In this document: in pieces, positions 22,904 to 33,997 of the stretch
Position numbering within the stretch: the first letter of the stretch is position 1
Layout of the letters: the number at the start of each line of letters is the position of its first letter
NCBI GenBank assembly: GCA_963729045.1
Contig: CAVSMN010000011.1
Span: 64,001-128,000 of the forward strand
Length of the DNA: 64,000 nucleotides
Origin: an uncultured Nitrososphaeraceae archaeon
Lineage (GTDB): Archaea > Thermoproteota > Nitrososphaeria > Nitrososphaerales > Nitrososphaeraceae
Direction of reading: 5' to 3'
The notes under the pieces: generated by a model
Database searches by the model: none
The model's input: only the letters and a program-made list of their open reading frames with translations
Told to the model about the DNA's origin: nothing
Made by a program: the position numbers and the translations under genes

Positions 22904-23762
22904 TATATATCATAAATAAACCAAACTATTAATGTTTTTGCAAAATAATGGAAATATATAACAATTATATTACTTACACTAAGCAAGAAGGGTAGGTAAT
23001 TCAACTAGTCTATCGGATAATAATGATGATGAAGATGACAAATTATAACTATAATGATTATTTACCTTGATGGTAATAAATAAGCTATTTAATTTTTGAA
23101 TTTGATCAAAAACATGAAGAATCTTTTTTATTTATATCTCCTTGCTTTGTTAAAATTGTTGTTAGATTAGATAATCAATTTAAAGAACAAATTGTATTTA
23201 TTTAGCCAACTCCATAATTTCGTCTGTTTGGATTTCTTATTTGTAATGGTTTATCATCACTTATCCGTATTGCATCAAACTTAGATCTAAATATTGTAAA
23301 TTCTCTTGTCTATAACAAACTAATAGCATCCGCTTTGTCATCAGTCATTCAATCATGCTTAACAATAAAATAGATATTTTTATTATCCTCATTTTCCTCC
23401 ATGCTTTTTTTCTAGATTTGCTAAAAGAGATAGATATTTTATCTAATATTTAGAATATCAGAGAATCTCAATAATCACTTATTTGATTGACAAGAATTTC
23501 TCAACGTCATCTAACGAATAATGTACTAAATAATCCCGAATACTTAATACCTGTAAGACTATGAACCTTGCTCCAACATTTCTCGAAAATACTCTCTCCT
23601 TTGGCCTTATTGAGAAACTAAATTTACTTTTAGATATTCATGGAAATATCACTACCGATGAAGGTAATTTTCACCCAACAAGACCTTCCCGCAGTGTATT
23701 CAGCAAAGGGTTTCCAAAGTATTATATTAATAACCCCTCAAGTTTAATAAAAAACGCAGTAG

Positions 23763-23865
23763 GCTCCGGTGGTGTAGAGGTTATTAACCAAAGTAGCCAC
23801 ACAGTCCGGCTAAGCATTTCGCCCTCTCAAGGCGACGATCCCGGGTTCAAATCCCGGCCGGAGCA
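23763..23865 (+). tRNA. tRNA-Glu(CTC) with 27-nt non-canonical D-loop intron (15/16; 23778-23804)
   Basis: Acceptor GCTCCGG/CCGGAGC, anticodon arm TCGCC-CTCTCAA-GGCGA, T arm GGTTCAAATCC; BHB: GTGT/ACAC helix with AGA and AGT bulges. Confidence 0.95.
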
Positions 23866-23927
23866 TCCTCTGTTTGGAAAAAGAAGACCAATTTGAGTTT
23901 CTTTTCATGATCTCTGTTTTATGAGAA

Positions 23928-23958
23928 TCTGTATACAGTTTCATTCTGTATACAGTTT
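23928..23958. repeat. direct repeat of a palindromic site, TCTGTATACAGTTT x2
   Basis: CTGTATACAG at 23929-23938 and 23946-23955. Confidence 0.8.
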
Positions 23959-24155
23959 TTTGTCGTAGTGTATATCGCAACTTAAGCATGAATAACCAAT
24001 CTTTTTGAATGATCCGAGACTTCCAATTCTGACATATGTAGAATTTAGGCCTCTGTTACAGATGGTACATTTGGTCATAGAACAAGAATATTTGAAGCAA
24101 TTGGATTTAAAGCTTTTTTGGATGTATCCAATGGAGATAGTAATGGTGTCGTCAT

Positions 24156-24216
24156 TTGAGAGGGCGAAATGCTTAGCCGGACTGTGTGGCTTTCATTACT
24201 ACTATACCACCGGAGC
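24156..24216 (-). repeat. inverted 5'-half copy of tRNA-Glu(CTC) with a variant 20-nt intron
   Basis: GCTCCGGTGGTATAG-TAGTAATGAAAGCCACACAG-TCCGGCTAAGCATTTCGCCCTCTCAA; 24156-24191 is the exact reverse complement of 23795-23830. Confidence 0.92.
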
Positions 24217-25063
24217 CTTCAATTACGTCGATATTAGTCCTTGTAGTGTGGTTTTAATTCTATTAATCAAATGTTGTTTAGTGAACTAGTCTAGTTAGTG
24301 CTTTTATGAGAATGAAGAGGAAATATTGCCGTTTTGACTTGGGGCGGTCCCCTTTTTGTATGCTATTCAAACATATGATCGTGACATTTCTAATAGATAG
24401 ATTTGATAGCATTTAGAATTCTTTTTGCAAAACTTCCAGTATGTGATTAAGCAGTCTTTGATAACATGAAATATTAGTAGCGTATAGAAGTATATGAAAG
24501 TTGAAAAATCTCTTACACTTGTGCATTTTTATAGCAAATGTATATTCTACGCAGGCTGATGATTTCAGAATGGAAATTACTATATTTAGTAGTTTGATTG
24601 TCATGATTTGTTGATTAAAAGTTCATTGTCTAGAAGTATTGATTATCAGAACTGTTCAGTCGGCCAGCATCCTGACATTCGTATCCATTATATCTTCGAT
24701 TGCCAGAATTATCAGAAGTAACTTTGATAGCAAAGGAATTTCCTTTCTTAAGACATCTCATCTTTTTCTGATTAAGCATTTCAACTTTCTTTCATAGGAC
24801 TATTGATACAATCTTTTACCTTGAAGATATAGAATCTTTGCTTTTCGAAAACATGATTAATATAAGATTAGGGTGTTAAGAATTAAGACTTTTTCGTATT
24901 TTCATGATTGGATGAGAATAGAAAGGATTCTAAGTTCTTGATGGTAGTTGAATAGAATAGCGGAGTGGGGGGCCGAGCTCATGAAAGATTAAGTTACTTG
25001 TATAATATACGCATAGTTACACTGCGTAAAGGATAAATACATATAATTACATTCTCTAATCAA

Positions 25064-25601
25064 ATGGGTCGAAGCATTCCTTCATTTAGACAGTTAATTG
25101 AGATAGAGCGGTTGAATTGGTCTGAATTTAAGAAAGAACTACCATCCAAGGATGAGAAAGAAGCGTTTAATACCATATTTGAAAACGCCAAATTGTATAC
25201 ACAATATCTATCTAATGCCAACAGACCAATACCAATAGAGCCTATTATGATGGGTGCTTTGTTCCATAATTATAAAACACTTTTGAAGTTGTGTAAAGAG
25301 GAGAATGTCACTGAAGAATCCATAAATCAGAAATTGGTTGTATTGGATAAGAGAGAAACCTTTAGCAAAAACATTGTTTGATAAAACTTGCGAAAGGTGG
25401 CGCGGTCTGCTATACGCCCTTCATAAAGATGATAGAGAACAGTTGCTAAAAATGTTAGTTGATTGTTGTAATAGTTTGGATGAAAGGGCGGCCAAGGTGA
25501 TAATCGACAAAGTTTCAGAATCTACTATTTCTGTTCTTTTCTTTTTTTGTCTAGTCTTGCAGAATCAAAAACTGATGAACAGAATTAAAAAGTCTAGATA
25601 G
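25064..25601 (+). CDS. small helical protein resembling the PolB2-operon-associated family, tandem two-domain form (frameshift near 25350)
   Basis: MGRSIPSFRQLIEIERLNWSEFKKEL...EAFNTIFENAKLY...N.P.PIEP pattern; second ORF repeats the helix-W-helix-DD pattern. Confidence 0.55.
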
Positions 25602-25917
25602 AAAAGAGCCTAAGATGATGTTAATTTGTTAGACTTTATCGATTCATTATATTGGAAATAGTTCAAGTTTCATCTATATGGTTGCGGCGCGCTACCACTC
25701 AAACATGAATGCAAAATTTCTAATTTGTGAGATTGTATATATTCGATGGAGATAATTGTGTAGTGCCGTCGCCAATTCTCTAAATCATTCAAAATATTTT
25801 TCGCCATTCTTATTCATGTAATTTAGAATTGTTTTGTGTTATCATGGTGTGGTTGCCATTTTAGTATCGAAGTGTTAGTAAATATATATAATTACTCATC
25901 TGTTGTCCATTAATGAG

Positions 25918-26298
25918 TCATATGATCCGCTCCACCCACTCGGATCTCCACTCTGGTGGCTCAAATGGATCAGCGTAATAGTGCGTCTCATGTGCAATCT
26001 TGCCTTCTCCGAACTCCATGATACATACAACATTGACGGGGCGGCCATCATAGGTGATTATTAATTCAGTTATCCAAAGATTTCCTTCTCCACGAACTCG
26101 CGAAATCTCAAAAGTGAGTTTAGCAGGATAATGTGCCCTGAGTTGGTAAATGTTGTGTTTACCACGAATTAGTTCCCCAGACTGTGGAAATTCTACCATA
26201 ACATCATCTTGGTAAAATTCATGTATTTTCACCAGATCATGAGCCAATGTTGCCTCCCAATACTGATCCATGATTAAACGCAGTTCCTGATTATTCAA
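25918..26298 (-). CDS. SnoaL-like / NTF2 family protein
   Basis: EFPQSGELIRG, LWITELIITYDG, ETHYYADPFEPPEWR. Confidence 0.88.
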   Translation of the reverse strand: MNNQELRLIMDQYWEATLAHDLVKIHEFYQDDVMVEFPQSGELIRGKHNIYQLRAHYPAKLTFEISRVRGEGNLWITELIITYDGRPVNVVCIMEFGEGKIAHETHYYADPFEPPEWRSEWVERII

Positions 26299-26725
26299 CT
26301 ATATGTTCATTGCCTTTACCAAAGGTTTGCTTATTAGTATTCACTTTGGCTTTGTGTGATAAACAATTACCACTTGATGACTTGCTCCAAAAAAGTAGTA
26401 TGATATTGAAAGATGGAGTCAATTGTTATATCCATTTTCCTGGATAAGCCCAGATGAAATAACTAATGAAGAATCCTCTAAATGGAGGGTGACAAAAAAA
26501 AGAGGAATGTATATGCAAGAACTTCTAAATGGAACAATATTTCTTACCACCGATCCCCATGGTTCTAATCTAAATCGATTAAACTTTTTACCACTATATG
26601 ATAGACCTTTCTTAAAACAGCTGATAGAATCCGTACGTTGAATAAGATCCATTTAGAATTGTCAATATCTAACTAAAAATGATTCCTTATCCTAGCCTGT
26701 TGTAGTGGTTAATACTTCTGAACAG

Positions 26726-27111
26726 CTATTGTTTGTTAGAGCAGAGTTTAATTATATGGGGACCTAGATCGTTCAAATCTATTGGCTTTAACAATACTTC
26801 GGTGATTTTGGCCTCTCTGAATTCATCCCCAGGCAACATGTCTTTAATATAATATCCCGTTATCAAAAGAATAAGAACCTTGGAATTGATTTTTCTTATC
26901 CTCTTTGCAAGTTCCAAACCATTCATAAACGGTAGATCCCAATCTAAAAGTGCCAGAGCATATCTACCATGATTTTGTTCATAATGCTCCAAAGTAATAA
27001 TGGATTAGCGAAAATGATCGAATCAATTTCGAATCTTTCTAAATACAATTTGAAAAGATATGACAGATCCTCTTCGTCCTCGACTATAATTATAGACAGA
27101 GGCGTGGACAT
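26726..27111 (-). CDS. single-domain response regulator (frameshift near 26990)
   Basis: MSTPLSIIIVEDEEDL from ATG 27111 joins DWDLPFMNG...ITG...KPI. Confidence 0.8.
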
Positions 27112-27267
27112 TCTTGTCAGACATTGCTATTAAGGTATTTAACAATCGCTGTTTAGTTGTTATCTATTCAAATACACTTTTGTTAGAACTTTTCATCCAC
27201 AAAAAGAAAAATGCAAAACTGAACGAAAATATCATCGATAGTAATTTTTTTACTTGAGTCACCAAAA

Positions 27268-27675
27268 TTATGAAATCTCTTCTAATTTGCTAAACCCACC
27301 AAAGGAAACTGCAGATCCAGGGGTGATTAGCTCCATGAATCGTTTGTATAGTGGTTCAAGGCTATTGTCACCTTCCATACTAGCAACAAATGCTTTCACA
27401 TGCTCTGCATCTCTATAGGATTGTATTTCAAGCCATACTTCATCGTCTTCACTGGCTGAAATTGTTTTAGATAGATTTTCAAATTCCATCACGTTTTCCC
27501 TATTGGCAAGAGAAAATACTTCAAATCCAGATGCACCATGTTTTGTGAAAAAATCTCGAGACTGTCTGTTAACTTCTACCAATTCATCATGGTTTTTCTT
27601 TGGGGCCCGATAAAGGAAAATTTCAATCTGATGGCATGAATATTTTTGGTTTGAAAAAGCGTTAGTACTAGTCAT
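27268..27675 (-). CDS. DUF1428-like dimeric alpha/beta protein
   Basis: YRAPKKNHD, DEVWLEIQSYRDAEH, FGGF pattern. Confidence 0.6.
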   Translation of the reverse strand: MTSTNAFSNQKYSCHQIEIFLYRAPKKNHDELVEVNRQSRDFFTKHGASGFEVFSLANRENVMEFENLSKTISASEDDEVWLEIQSYRDAEHVKAFVASMEGDNSLEPLYKRFMELITPGSAVSFGGFSKLEEIS

Positions 27676-27783
27676 GACGATTCATATCAAAAGAAGATAT
27701 AAAAATTATCAAGGGATCAAAAGTATACTTATATTCAATACGGATTTTGATTTTGATTATAAAATTAAGATTTAAAGAAAATT

Positions 27784-28572
27784 CTAACTCTTAATTCCAA
27801 TGATCATAGATATTGGAAAATAAAAGAAAATTTCCCCGTTCTTCATGTGACTTCTCATACCTAAATTATCCATTAAAATGTCTTTCTTAAATAATAGTCT
27901 AATTCTAGGTATATCCGCAGGATTCGGAAAAGACGATTTTAAGAGGTTCTCGAGCCCCATTTCTAGCTCATGGTGTTTAGATTTCAACTTAGTCAGCCCG
28001 GCTTCATGCATTAATCCTTTTAGCTGTTCAAAAGTCAATGCTCCAGTGTGTGAACTATCACGTAATTTTTCTACGCCGTTATATGCCTCAATCTTGTCTT
28101 TATCTGGAGTTACATCAATTATGAGTAATTTGCCATTTGGTTTACATACTCGCGTCATCTCCTCAAGTACCTGCTTTGGGTCAACTAAATGATGAAAACT
28201 ATACCTAGTTACCACCAACGAAAAGGAATCATCCTCAAAAGGAAGTCTAGTTACATCTCCTAACTTCCAATCCACATTATCAATCTTTCTTTCTCTCTGA
28301 AGATTTATAGCTTCCTCAATCATAGCGGGAGTAATGTCTATTCCCGTAACATGGTTAACTTTGTTAGCAAACTCACATGCAATAATTCCCGGTCCGCATG
28401 CCACATCCAAAACATTGTCGTCAATTTGTGGATCACTTAATTCAAACATCAACTCTAATCCATAATGATTTGAATGTTGAGCCATTTGTGAAAATGGAAG
28501 GGCCTGTTTGGTAAATTGAGATACAATAATGTCATTATGGGATATACCATTATCATGAGTATTGGAATCCAC
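27784..28572 (-). CDS. class I SAM-dependent methyltransferase
   Basis: VLDVACGPG, GIDIT, LPFEDDSF, EMTRVCKPNG. Confidence 0.92.
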   Translation of the reverse strand: MDSNTHDNGISHNDIIVSQFTKQALPFSQMAQHSNHYGLELMFELSDPQIDDNVLDVACGPGIIACEFANKVNHVTGIDITPAMIEEAINLQRERKIDNVDWKLGDVTRLPFEDDSFSLVVTRYSFHHLVDPKQVLEEMTRVCKPNGKLLIIDVTPDKDKIEAYNGVEKLRDSSHTGALTFEQLKGLMHEAGLTKLKSKHHELEMGLENLLKSSFPNPADIPRIRLLFKKDILMDNLGMRSHMKNGEIFFYFPISMIIGIKS

Positions 28573-28629
28573 ATTGAAAAAATAACTTTGCCAAATATAA
28601 AAATTATTTATATCGACAAGGTGAAAGGC

Positions 28630-29000
28630 AAATTTATTACAAATAGAACTTCTAGAAAGTTATGAACCCGCTTGGAGTAGCTAATTGGTTCATCTGTTCC
28701 CGAGTATAATGCTAAAATTTGAAAATCCTTAACTTCACTCATATCTCCGCTTTCTATTATCCTACAAAAATCGAACACTTTCAGCTAATGCGTTTTTTAT
28801 TCAATAAAATCATAATTCTGCCAGTTAGAGAACTTTTAAGGTATACTTTCAGTCTTCTCGTACAACAACATTCTCTGTTTTAATACTTTGTAAATCTCTG
28901 TGACTTGCATATATTTTCCAATACTTTTTTCATTCAATTCGGCAACTAACCATAGGAGCCTATTGACAAATTTGTAGCCTATTTCCACACGCTCTGAATC
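28630..29000 (-). pseudogene. possible degraded gene (approximate limits)
   Basis: One frame reads protein-like for about 120 codons with three in-frame stops; no family recognised. Confidence 0.25.
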
Positions 29001-29279
29001 AGATATTAAAAGATAAAAGAATTACAACCCTTTTGAGATTTTTCATGGATTTGAACTTTCAAATCAATATCATACCTATGTCAAAAATAGTTAAACCGTT
29101 TCATAGAATATGAATCATATTATTTACTTGAAATGAAATTTGTATCTCGAGATTCCAAAACAGGGTTTGTGAAATTTAGTTGTAGAGTTGGTAATTACTT
29201 AAATTGGATGTGTTGGTCACTCAACTACATTCTCCATAAACATTTATATTCTGATAATTGTTTCTATTGATAGTATTAG

Positions 29280-29375
29280 ATGATGTGTTCCAAATGCAAA
29301 ACGGACTATGAGGTAGAGAAATCATTTTATGATAAGAAATTACATCGTTTTGTTTGTCCTACTTGTAAGGCATGA
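29280..29375 (+). CDS. 31-aa zinc-ribbon micro-protein (not in ORF track)
   Basis: MMCSKCKTDYEVEKSFYDKKLHRFVCPTCKA*; TTTATAT box about 35 nt upstream. Confidence 0.65.
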   Translation: MMCSKCKTDYEVEKSFYDKKLHRFVCPTCKA

Positions 29376-29911
29376 ATTCTCTAAAAAATAATCTAGCCTA
29401 TTAATAAATAAATGTTGTTGGATATTGCATACATCATTATCCGGGGACAATTTATACTATTACTATTACGGAGTAATAGAGCACAATCTTGAAGGGACAA
29501 TGAATTTTATCGACACCTGAGAATCAACCTCCGAATATACCTATTAAGAAAAATCGATTTAACTTATCACTTTTTATATGATGAAAGGTTCCAAAAGATT
29601 GATTGCACTTTTGACACCTAAATTTTGAGTTAGTAGGACTAGGGGCCAAATGCCTTAAGAGCATTTTTGTTGCGGTTTGCAGAATAGCTGTTAGAAAAAG
29701 ACCTCTGCATGAGAGATTTGATTCTTTCCATGCAGAAGTAGACCCTATCGAACAATAATAGGTCACCAAAAAATGAACCTTTGTCTAATTTGTTATTCAA
29801 AATAGAATATTATCTAAACAAGTGGTAAGCGTGCAACAATGTAATAGACAATTGGAATTGACAAAAAGTGTTGGTCAAATTAACCATGATACTTTTAGCA
29901 TTAAAAAGAAT

Positions 29912-30175
29912 ATGGACAGCATGAAAGATTTCGAGGATATGACTCTCGAAGAAAGGGAAGAAATTCTTGAACAGTTAAGAAATCTTCCAGATGAATCAAG
30001 TGATCCAATAGATATCTTTACACACTCTTTCAATGAACTTTCTCAAAACTGGTCTAATGCTTTAAAAGAATTTGATACAATTTACTCAGACTGCAAAATA
30101 GAAAGTCATGTGAACCATACTGAGGAAAGAGATGAGAGTAGTTGGCGGGCGAAAATCTGCAGCCGCTTCTACTAA
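29912..30175 (+). CDS. acidic hypothetical protein
   Basis: ORF with ATG at 29912, protein-like composition. Confidence 0.45.
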   Translation: MDSMKDFEDMTLEEREEILEQLRNLPDESSDPIDIFTHSFNELSQNWSNALKEFDTIYSDCKIESHVNHTEERDESSWRAKICSRFY

Positions 30176-30248
30176 TCAGGTTTAGAGTTTGCAAACATCA
30201 CTAAATATTATGCCAGATTACAACATTGATTGGAATTAATCCCACTAA

Positions 30249-30833
30249 TTACCGAGGCTTTCGAAGCATTGGAAAGATGGGAGGAAATTCTTTTACTTTA
30301 ATGGTACCAAGCAATTCAAAGCCGTGTCGTTTGTAGAATGGAATGTTTCTTGGATTCGATGATTCGAGATATGCCAATGAATTATCTTTATCACACACGG
30401 TTAGTGCATGTTTCATGAGCAAGGAACCTAGACCTTTACCATGGTGATGAGGGTCCACTCCTAGAAGTGGTAAGTACCAGTGGGGTTCATTTGGATGATA
30501 TCCACCCATTTTCTCAAACACTTCTGGGACGACCCTTTGAGATTCTTCGGATGTAGTTTCTTGGAGTAGTGCAAGTATGGTATCAACATCAGGATCAACA
30601 TTTGGAGGTAACCAAAGGGCAGCACCATAATAATTTCCAATATAGTGGGCAGACTTGTGTTCAAATGCTTTTCCTCCAAAGGCTTGGGCAAATTTGGAAA
30701 AATGCAAAAGGTATTTCTGTGAATCTGGCCATACCCAACGTGTGGCAGGATCAGCTACAAAGGCCAATTTTAACGCATCAATGACAGCGTTTTCCTCGAA
30801 TTCGGTAGCCGTTTTGACATCTGGTATTGTCAT
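30249..30833 (-). CDS. GNAT family N-acetyltransferase
   Basis: HWYLPLLGVDP.HHGKGLGS, YLESSNPRN..FYKRHGF. Confidence 0.93.
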   Translation of the reverse strand: MTIPDVKTATEFEENAVIDALKLAFVADPATRWVWPDSQKYLLHFSKFAQAFGGKAFEHKSAHYIGNYYGAALWLPPNVDPDVDTILALLQETTSEESQRVVPEVFEKMGGYHPNEPHWYLPLLGVDPHHHGKGLGSLLMKHALTVCDKDNSLAYLESSNPRNIPFYKRHGFELLGTIKVKEFPPIFPMLRKPR

Positions 30834-31366
30834 TAAATTCCCTCATAATATATGAAGTCATGACATTTTAAGATTTCATGCAAATGTTAAAATTTGAGAT
30901 AGTCAACCCGTCGTGGATCTCGTATTGATGAATCAAATTGAAGAAATTTGATTTGAAAGATTTAGTATCTTTTGGAATAGTTACTAAGGGTAAATTTTCT
31001 TAAAGAATAATCAGAACCAGGTTTATTGCCTGAAAGAATGCTATCGATTTTCTTCTCAAAGTGGGATAACAAGGAGCCAGGACTTGCTAGTGATGGTAAG
31101 GCTGATAGCGTACGCGTTGTGGAGCAAATACTTTGGTTATTGCAGATTTGAAAGCCACGACTGTTAAGTACTAATGTCCAACATTCTCTTTTTACCGATA
31201 TCAAAAAATATTCAATTTCCAATCTCCTTCCTTACATGAAAAAAATAACTATAATCCTTTAACTTCAGCTAAAAATTGGACAAGTGATCGTCTTGTCAAT
31301 AGACAAATATCACCAAGAATTTATTGAGAAATTTTTTAAAGAAAATAAGCAAAAAATAAGGAGGAT

Positions 31367-31635
31367 TTATTGTTGTCCTGCGGCTATGTTACCGTCTTGG
31401 AATTGAAGACCCAGACCTACATTGTTACAATCTAACAATGATATTGTACCAGTAACACATTGTGCATTTTGTTTATTTGTTTGTTCCTGCTCGATTTCCT
31501 GTTCTGAATCATTGTGTTTTTTCTTCCACCTGCATATGCCATGTTATCACCAAAGGCTACTACTGAACCAATTAGGGCTGCTGCAATGAATATTGCAAAT
31601 ATTCCTACTTTGTGAGTTTTTGTTATGTTGCTCAT
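31367..31635 (-). CDS. small secreted Q/N-rich two-Cys protein (frameshift in A run near 31520)
   Basis: Signal peptide ending MAYA; after shift ...NDSEQEIEQEQTNKQNAQCVTGTISLLDCNNVGLGLQFQDGNIAAGQQ*. Confidence 0.75.
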
Positions 31636-32021
31636 TATAGTCAGAATATATAATTGAAATTGATTATATCATAGCTTAGATTCTTATTACTGTTTGATTT
31701 CAATGTAATTAGAATCTAGTATTATGCTCACATAAACAATTTAGTAACATAATTACGACTTAACCTAGAATTCGTATGGAGAAGGAGTTAAACGTAATAT
31801 TACTAAGTTCGTGTTTCAATGTTCTTACCTATATTCACGATGTACAAAAAATCCTCGGATTGCGCTTTTATAATGTAATAAGTAATTTTAAGAAAGACCA
31901 ACGCTGCACAGCAATCTAGAATTCGAAGGTAAAAAGTTATTCAACATGTAAAGGTAATATCGTTGAAATTAATATGAAAACAAACATCCAAAAATGAAGA
32001 TGGTTTATGATATTTGGAGTT

Positions 32022-32058
32022 TTTTTATGCTCTCGATTAGGTATGGAGAGCATAAAAA
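32022..32058. repeat. 13-bp perfect inverted repeat
   Basis: TTTTTATGCTCTC-11 nt-GAGAGCATAAAAA. Confidence 0.7.
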
Positions 32059-32431
32059 TCAAAGCCCTCTTTATCATTTCAAATATCCTTGTTCTCAAGA
32101 TAGGTAATTTCTATCAGATACAATATGATTACTAACTGGAATTTGAATGTAAAGTATTAACTTACAGAAATTATTTTGGTATTTTGAAAAAACAAAATCA
32201 AATTTTGAAAAAAAATCGAACTTTCAGGGGCATATGGTTTGACAGAAATAAAATTTAGTTGTTGCTAATAATGACATTTTGCAAGATACTTCAGGAAATA
32301 TTGTGATAAACTCATGAATATCAGATTAATTAGATCTTTTAAATATTGGTTCATTGCGAACCTCTAGTTGTCCTAAGAAAAAAATTGCAATTATTCAAAT
32401 GATTTTTGATAAAAATATATAATGTATTTAT

Positions 32432-33025
32432 ATGCTAAAACAGTTAGTTGGAATATTGATTAAAATTTTTATCTTAGTAACACTTTTGGCAGTTGTCGCA
32501 ATGATTGTTGTTGTACCTAGCTCAACGGCGCAACCAACATGGGAGATATATGAAAATAACAACTGTGGAATATCACTAAAACATCCTTATGCATCAGACA
32601 TTGTATTAGATAATGACAAGTCTAACAATAGTTTTAAAATCCAAAGTTTCGAAACACACACGGATCCTGATTCATTGAATATGACCTTAATGGTTTCATG
32701 CATCGACAAAGCAATACCTATAACCTATGAGAATATGGAATTAGCAAGATCGAACTTGTTAAAGGATTCCAAAGCTATCGTTCTTGAAGATATTTCATTT
32801 AATAGAACAACAATTGATGGTGAAGCAGCAGGATCAGTGGCGATCAGCAGGCCCATCGGCTTAACAGACATCAACGAGATTGATAAAATTATTGAAACCA
32901 ATCATTCAGACCAAACTTATATAATTAAACTAAATTTTACCGGAGATGAAGGTATTAGTGGATTTTATAACAATTATAGGTATTTGGAGGACAACCTTAT
33001 TGACTCGATCAAATTTTCTCAATAA
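32432..33025 (+). CDS. secreted PsbP-like protein
   Basis: Signal peptide, WEIYENNNCGISLKHP, TTIDGEAA, IDSIKF terminus. Confidence 0.7.
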   Translation: MLKQLVGILIKIFILVTLLAVVAMIVVVPSSTAQPTWEIYENNNCGISLKHPYASDIVLDNDKSNNSFKIQSFETHTDPDSLNMTLMVSCIDKAIPITYENMELARSNLLKDSKAIVLEDISFNRTTIDGEAAGSVAISRPIGLTDINEIDKIIETNHSDQTYIIKLNFTGDEGISGFYNNYRYLEDNLIDSIKFSQ

Positions 33026-33580
33026 TTAGATTATTTGCAAATATTGATTTGAATGAAGAATTAATTTAGTATCGATTTAGGATTAACACAAGAGTAATTA
33101 TTATTTATATCATTCTTTTGATTTATCTGAAGAACTAGTAATTCTCGGTAAATGCTGAGGGTATTAATTTATGATTTTACTGAGTTTTTCATTAATCAAG
33201 ATGCTCCCTTGGTTTATTCAATATGCCCGTATATCACTTTGCTATTTGATTCATCAAATCTAATGAAGATTCATGATAGGCTAGAGGGCAAGTGCGTCTT
33301 AGTTAACCATAGTAATTTAATCCAGGCGTCTAGTGGATTTTGATTATTTGCCCAAAGGGATAAACAAGTAGATATCAATATTAATGCTAGATTTATTTTG
33401 TAACTAATTAGTATAATTGTTGAACTAGAATGTTCTTTTTTTAAATATAATTGAATAGAGCCTTCTACGAGAAATCACTAATTGACTAAGTGAAACTCCG
33501 TGACTATTCAAATTTGATTTCATTAAGGTTTCTTGAAACACACTAGATAAATGCAAGACCTGAGAGAGATTAATCCAATA

Positions 33581-33997
33581 TCATCGTTTCAGCCGTTTAA
33601 TAATTTCAACAATTTCATACACCAATTCCGCCTCTTCCTTAAGAATATCATGTTCCTTGAGATAGTATTCATATTCATTCTCCAAGAGAACGATCCCTCG
33701 ATCTAAATCTTTCCCATATATGTTAAGGACACTCCTCAATAATGCAATATTCAAATAATGAGGATTTCCATTGCTTTTAGATTGATCAAAAAGGATCCCA
33801 ATATTATTTAAAATATTCTTCTCATTTATGTCCAACGAATGTAATATGAGATTTGTTTGGGCTATCACTACAGTATTATTATTATTTTGTTGTTCTAGTT
33901 TTATTTGACTATAAAGTTTATTTCTGTAAAAATCAAACGCATTTTCAACCATTCTAGAATAGCGTAAAAAACCATTAAGATAATCTTCATTTATCAT
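33581..33997 (-). CDS. hypothetical helical protein
   Basis: 138-aa ORF with ATG start. Confidence 0.5.
   Translation of the reverse strand: MINEDYLNGFLRYSRMVENAFDFYRNKLYSQIKLEQQNNNNTVVIAQTNLILHSLDINEKNILNNIGILFDQSKSNGNPHYLNIALLRSVLNIYGKDLDRGIVLLENEYEYYLKEHDILKEEAELVYEIVEIIKRLKR

Noticed and set aside
23561..23896. 111-aa ORF
   Set aside because: Overlaps the tRNA-Glu gene; the translation includes tRNA sequence
24005..24289. 94-aa ORF
   Set aside because: Spans the inverted tRNA-half copy; no protein motif
25678..25707. tRNA-like fragment (minus strand AGTGGTAGCGCGC)
   Set aside because: No acceptor, anticodon or T arm can be folded
29524..29769. ORF with CQKC...HH resembling a C2H2 finger
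   Set aside because: Ligand spacing is wrong and the start is weak; at best a remnant
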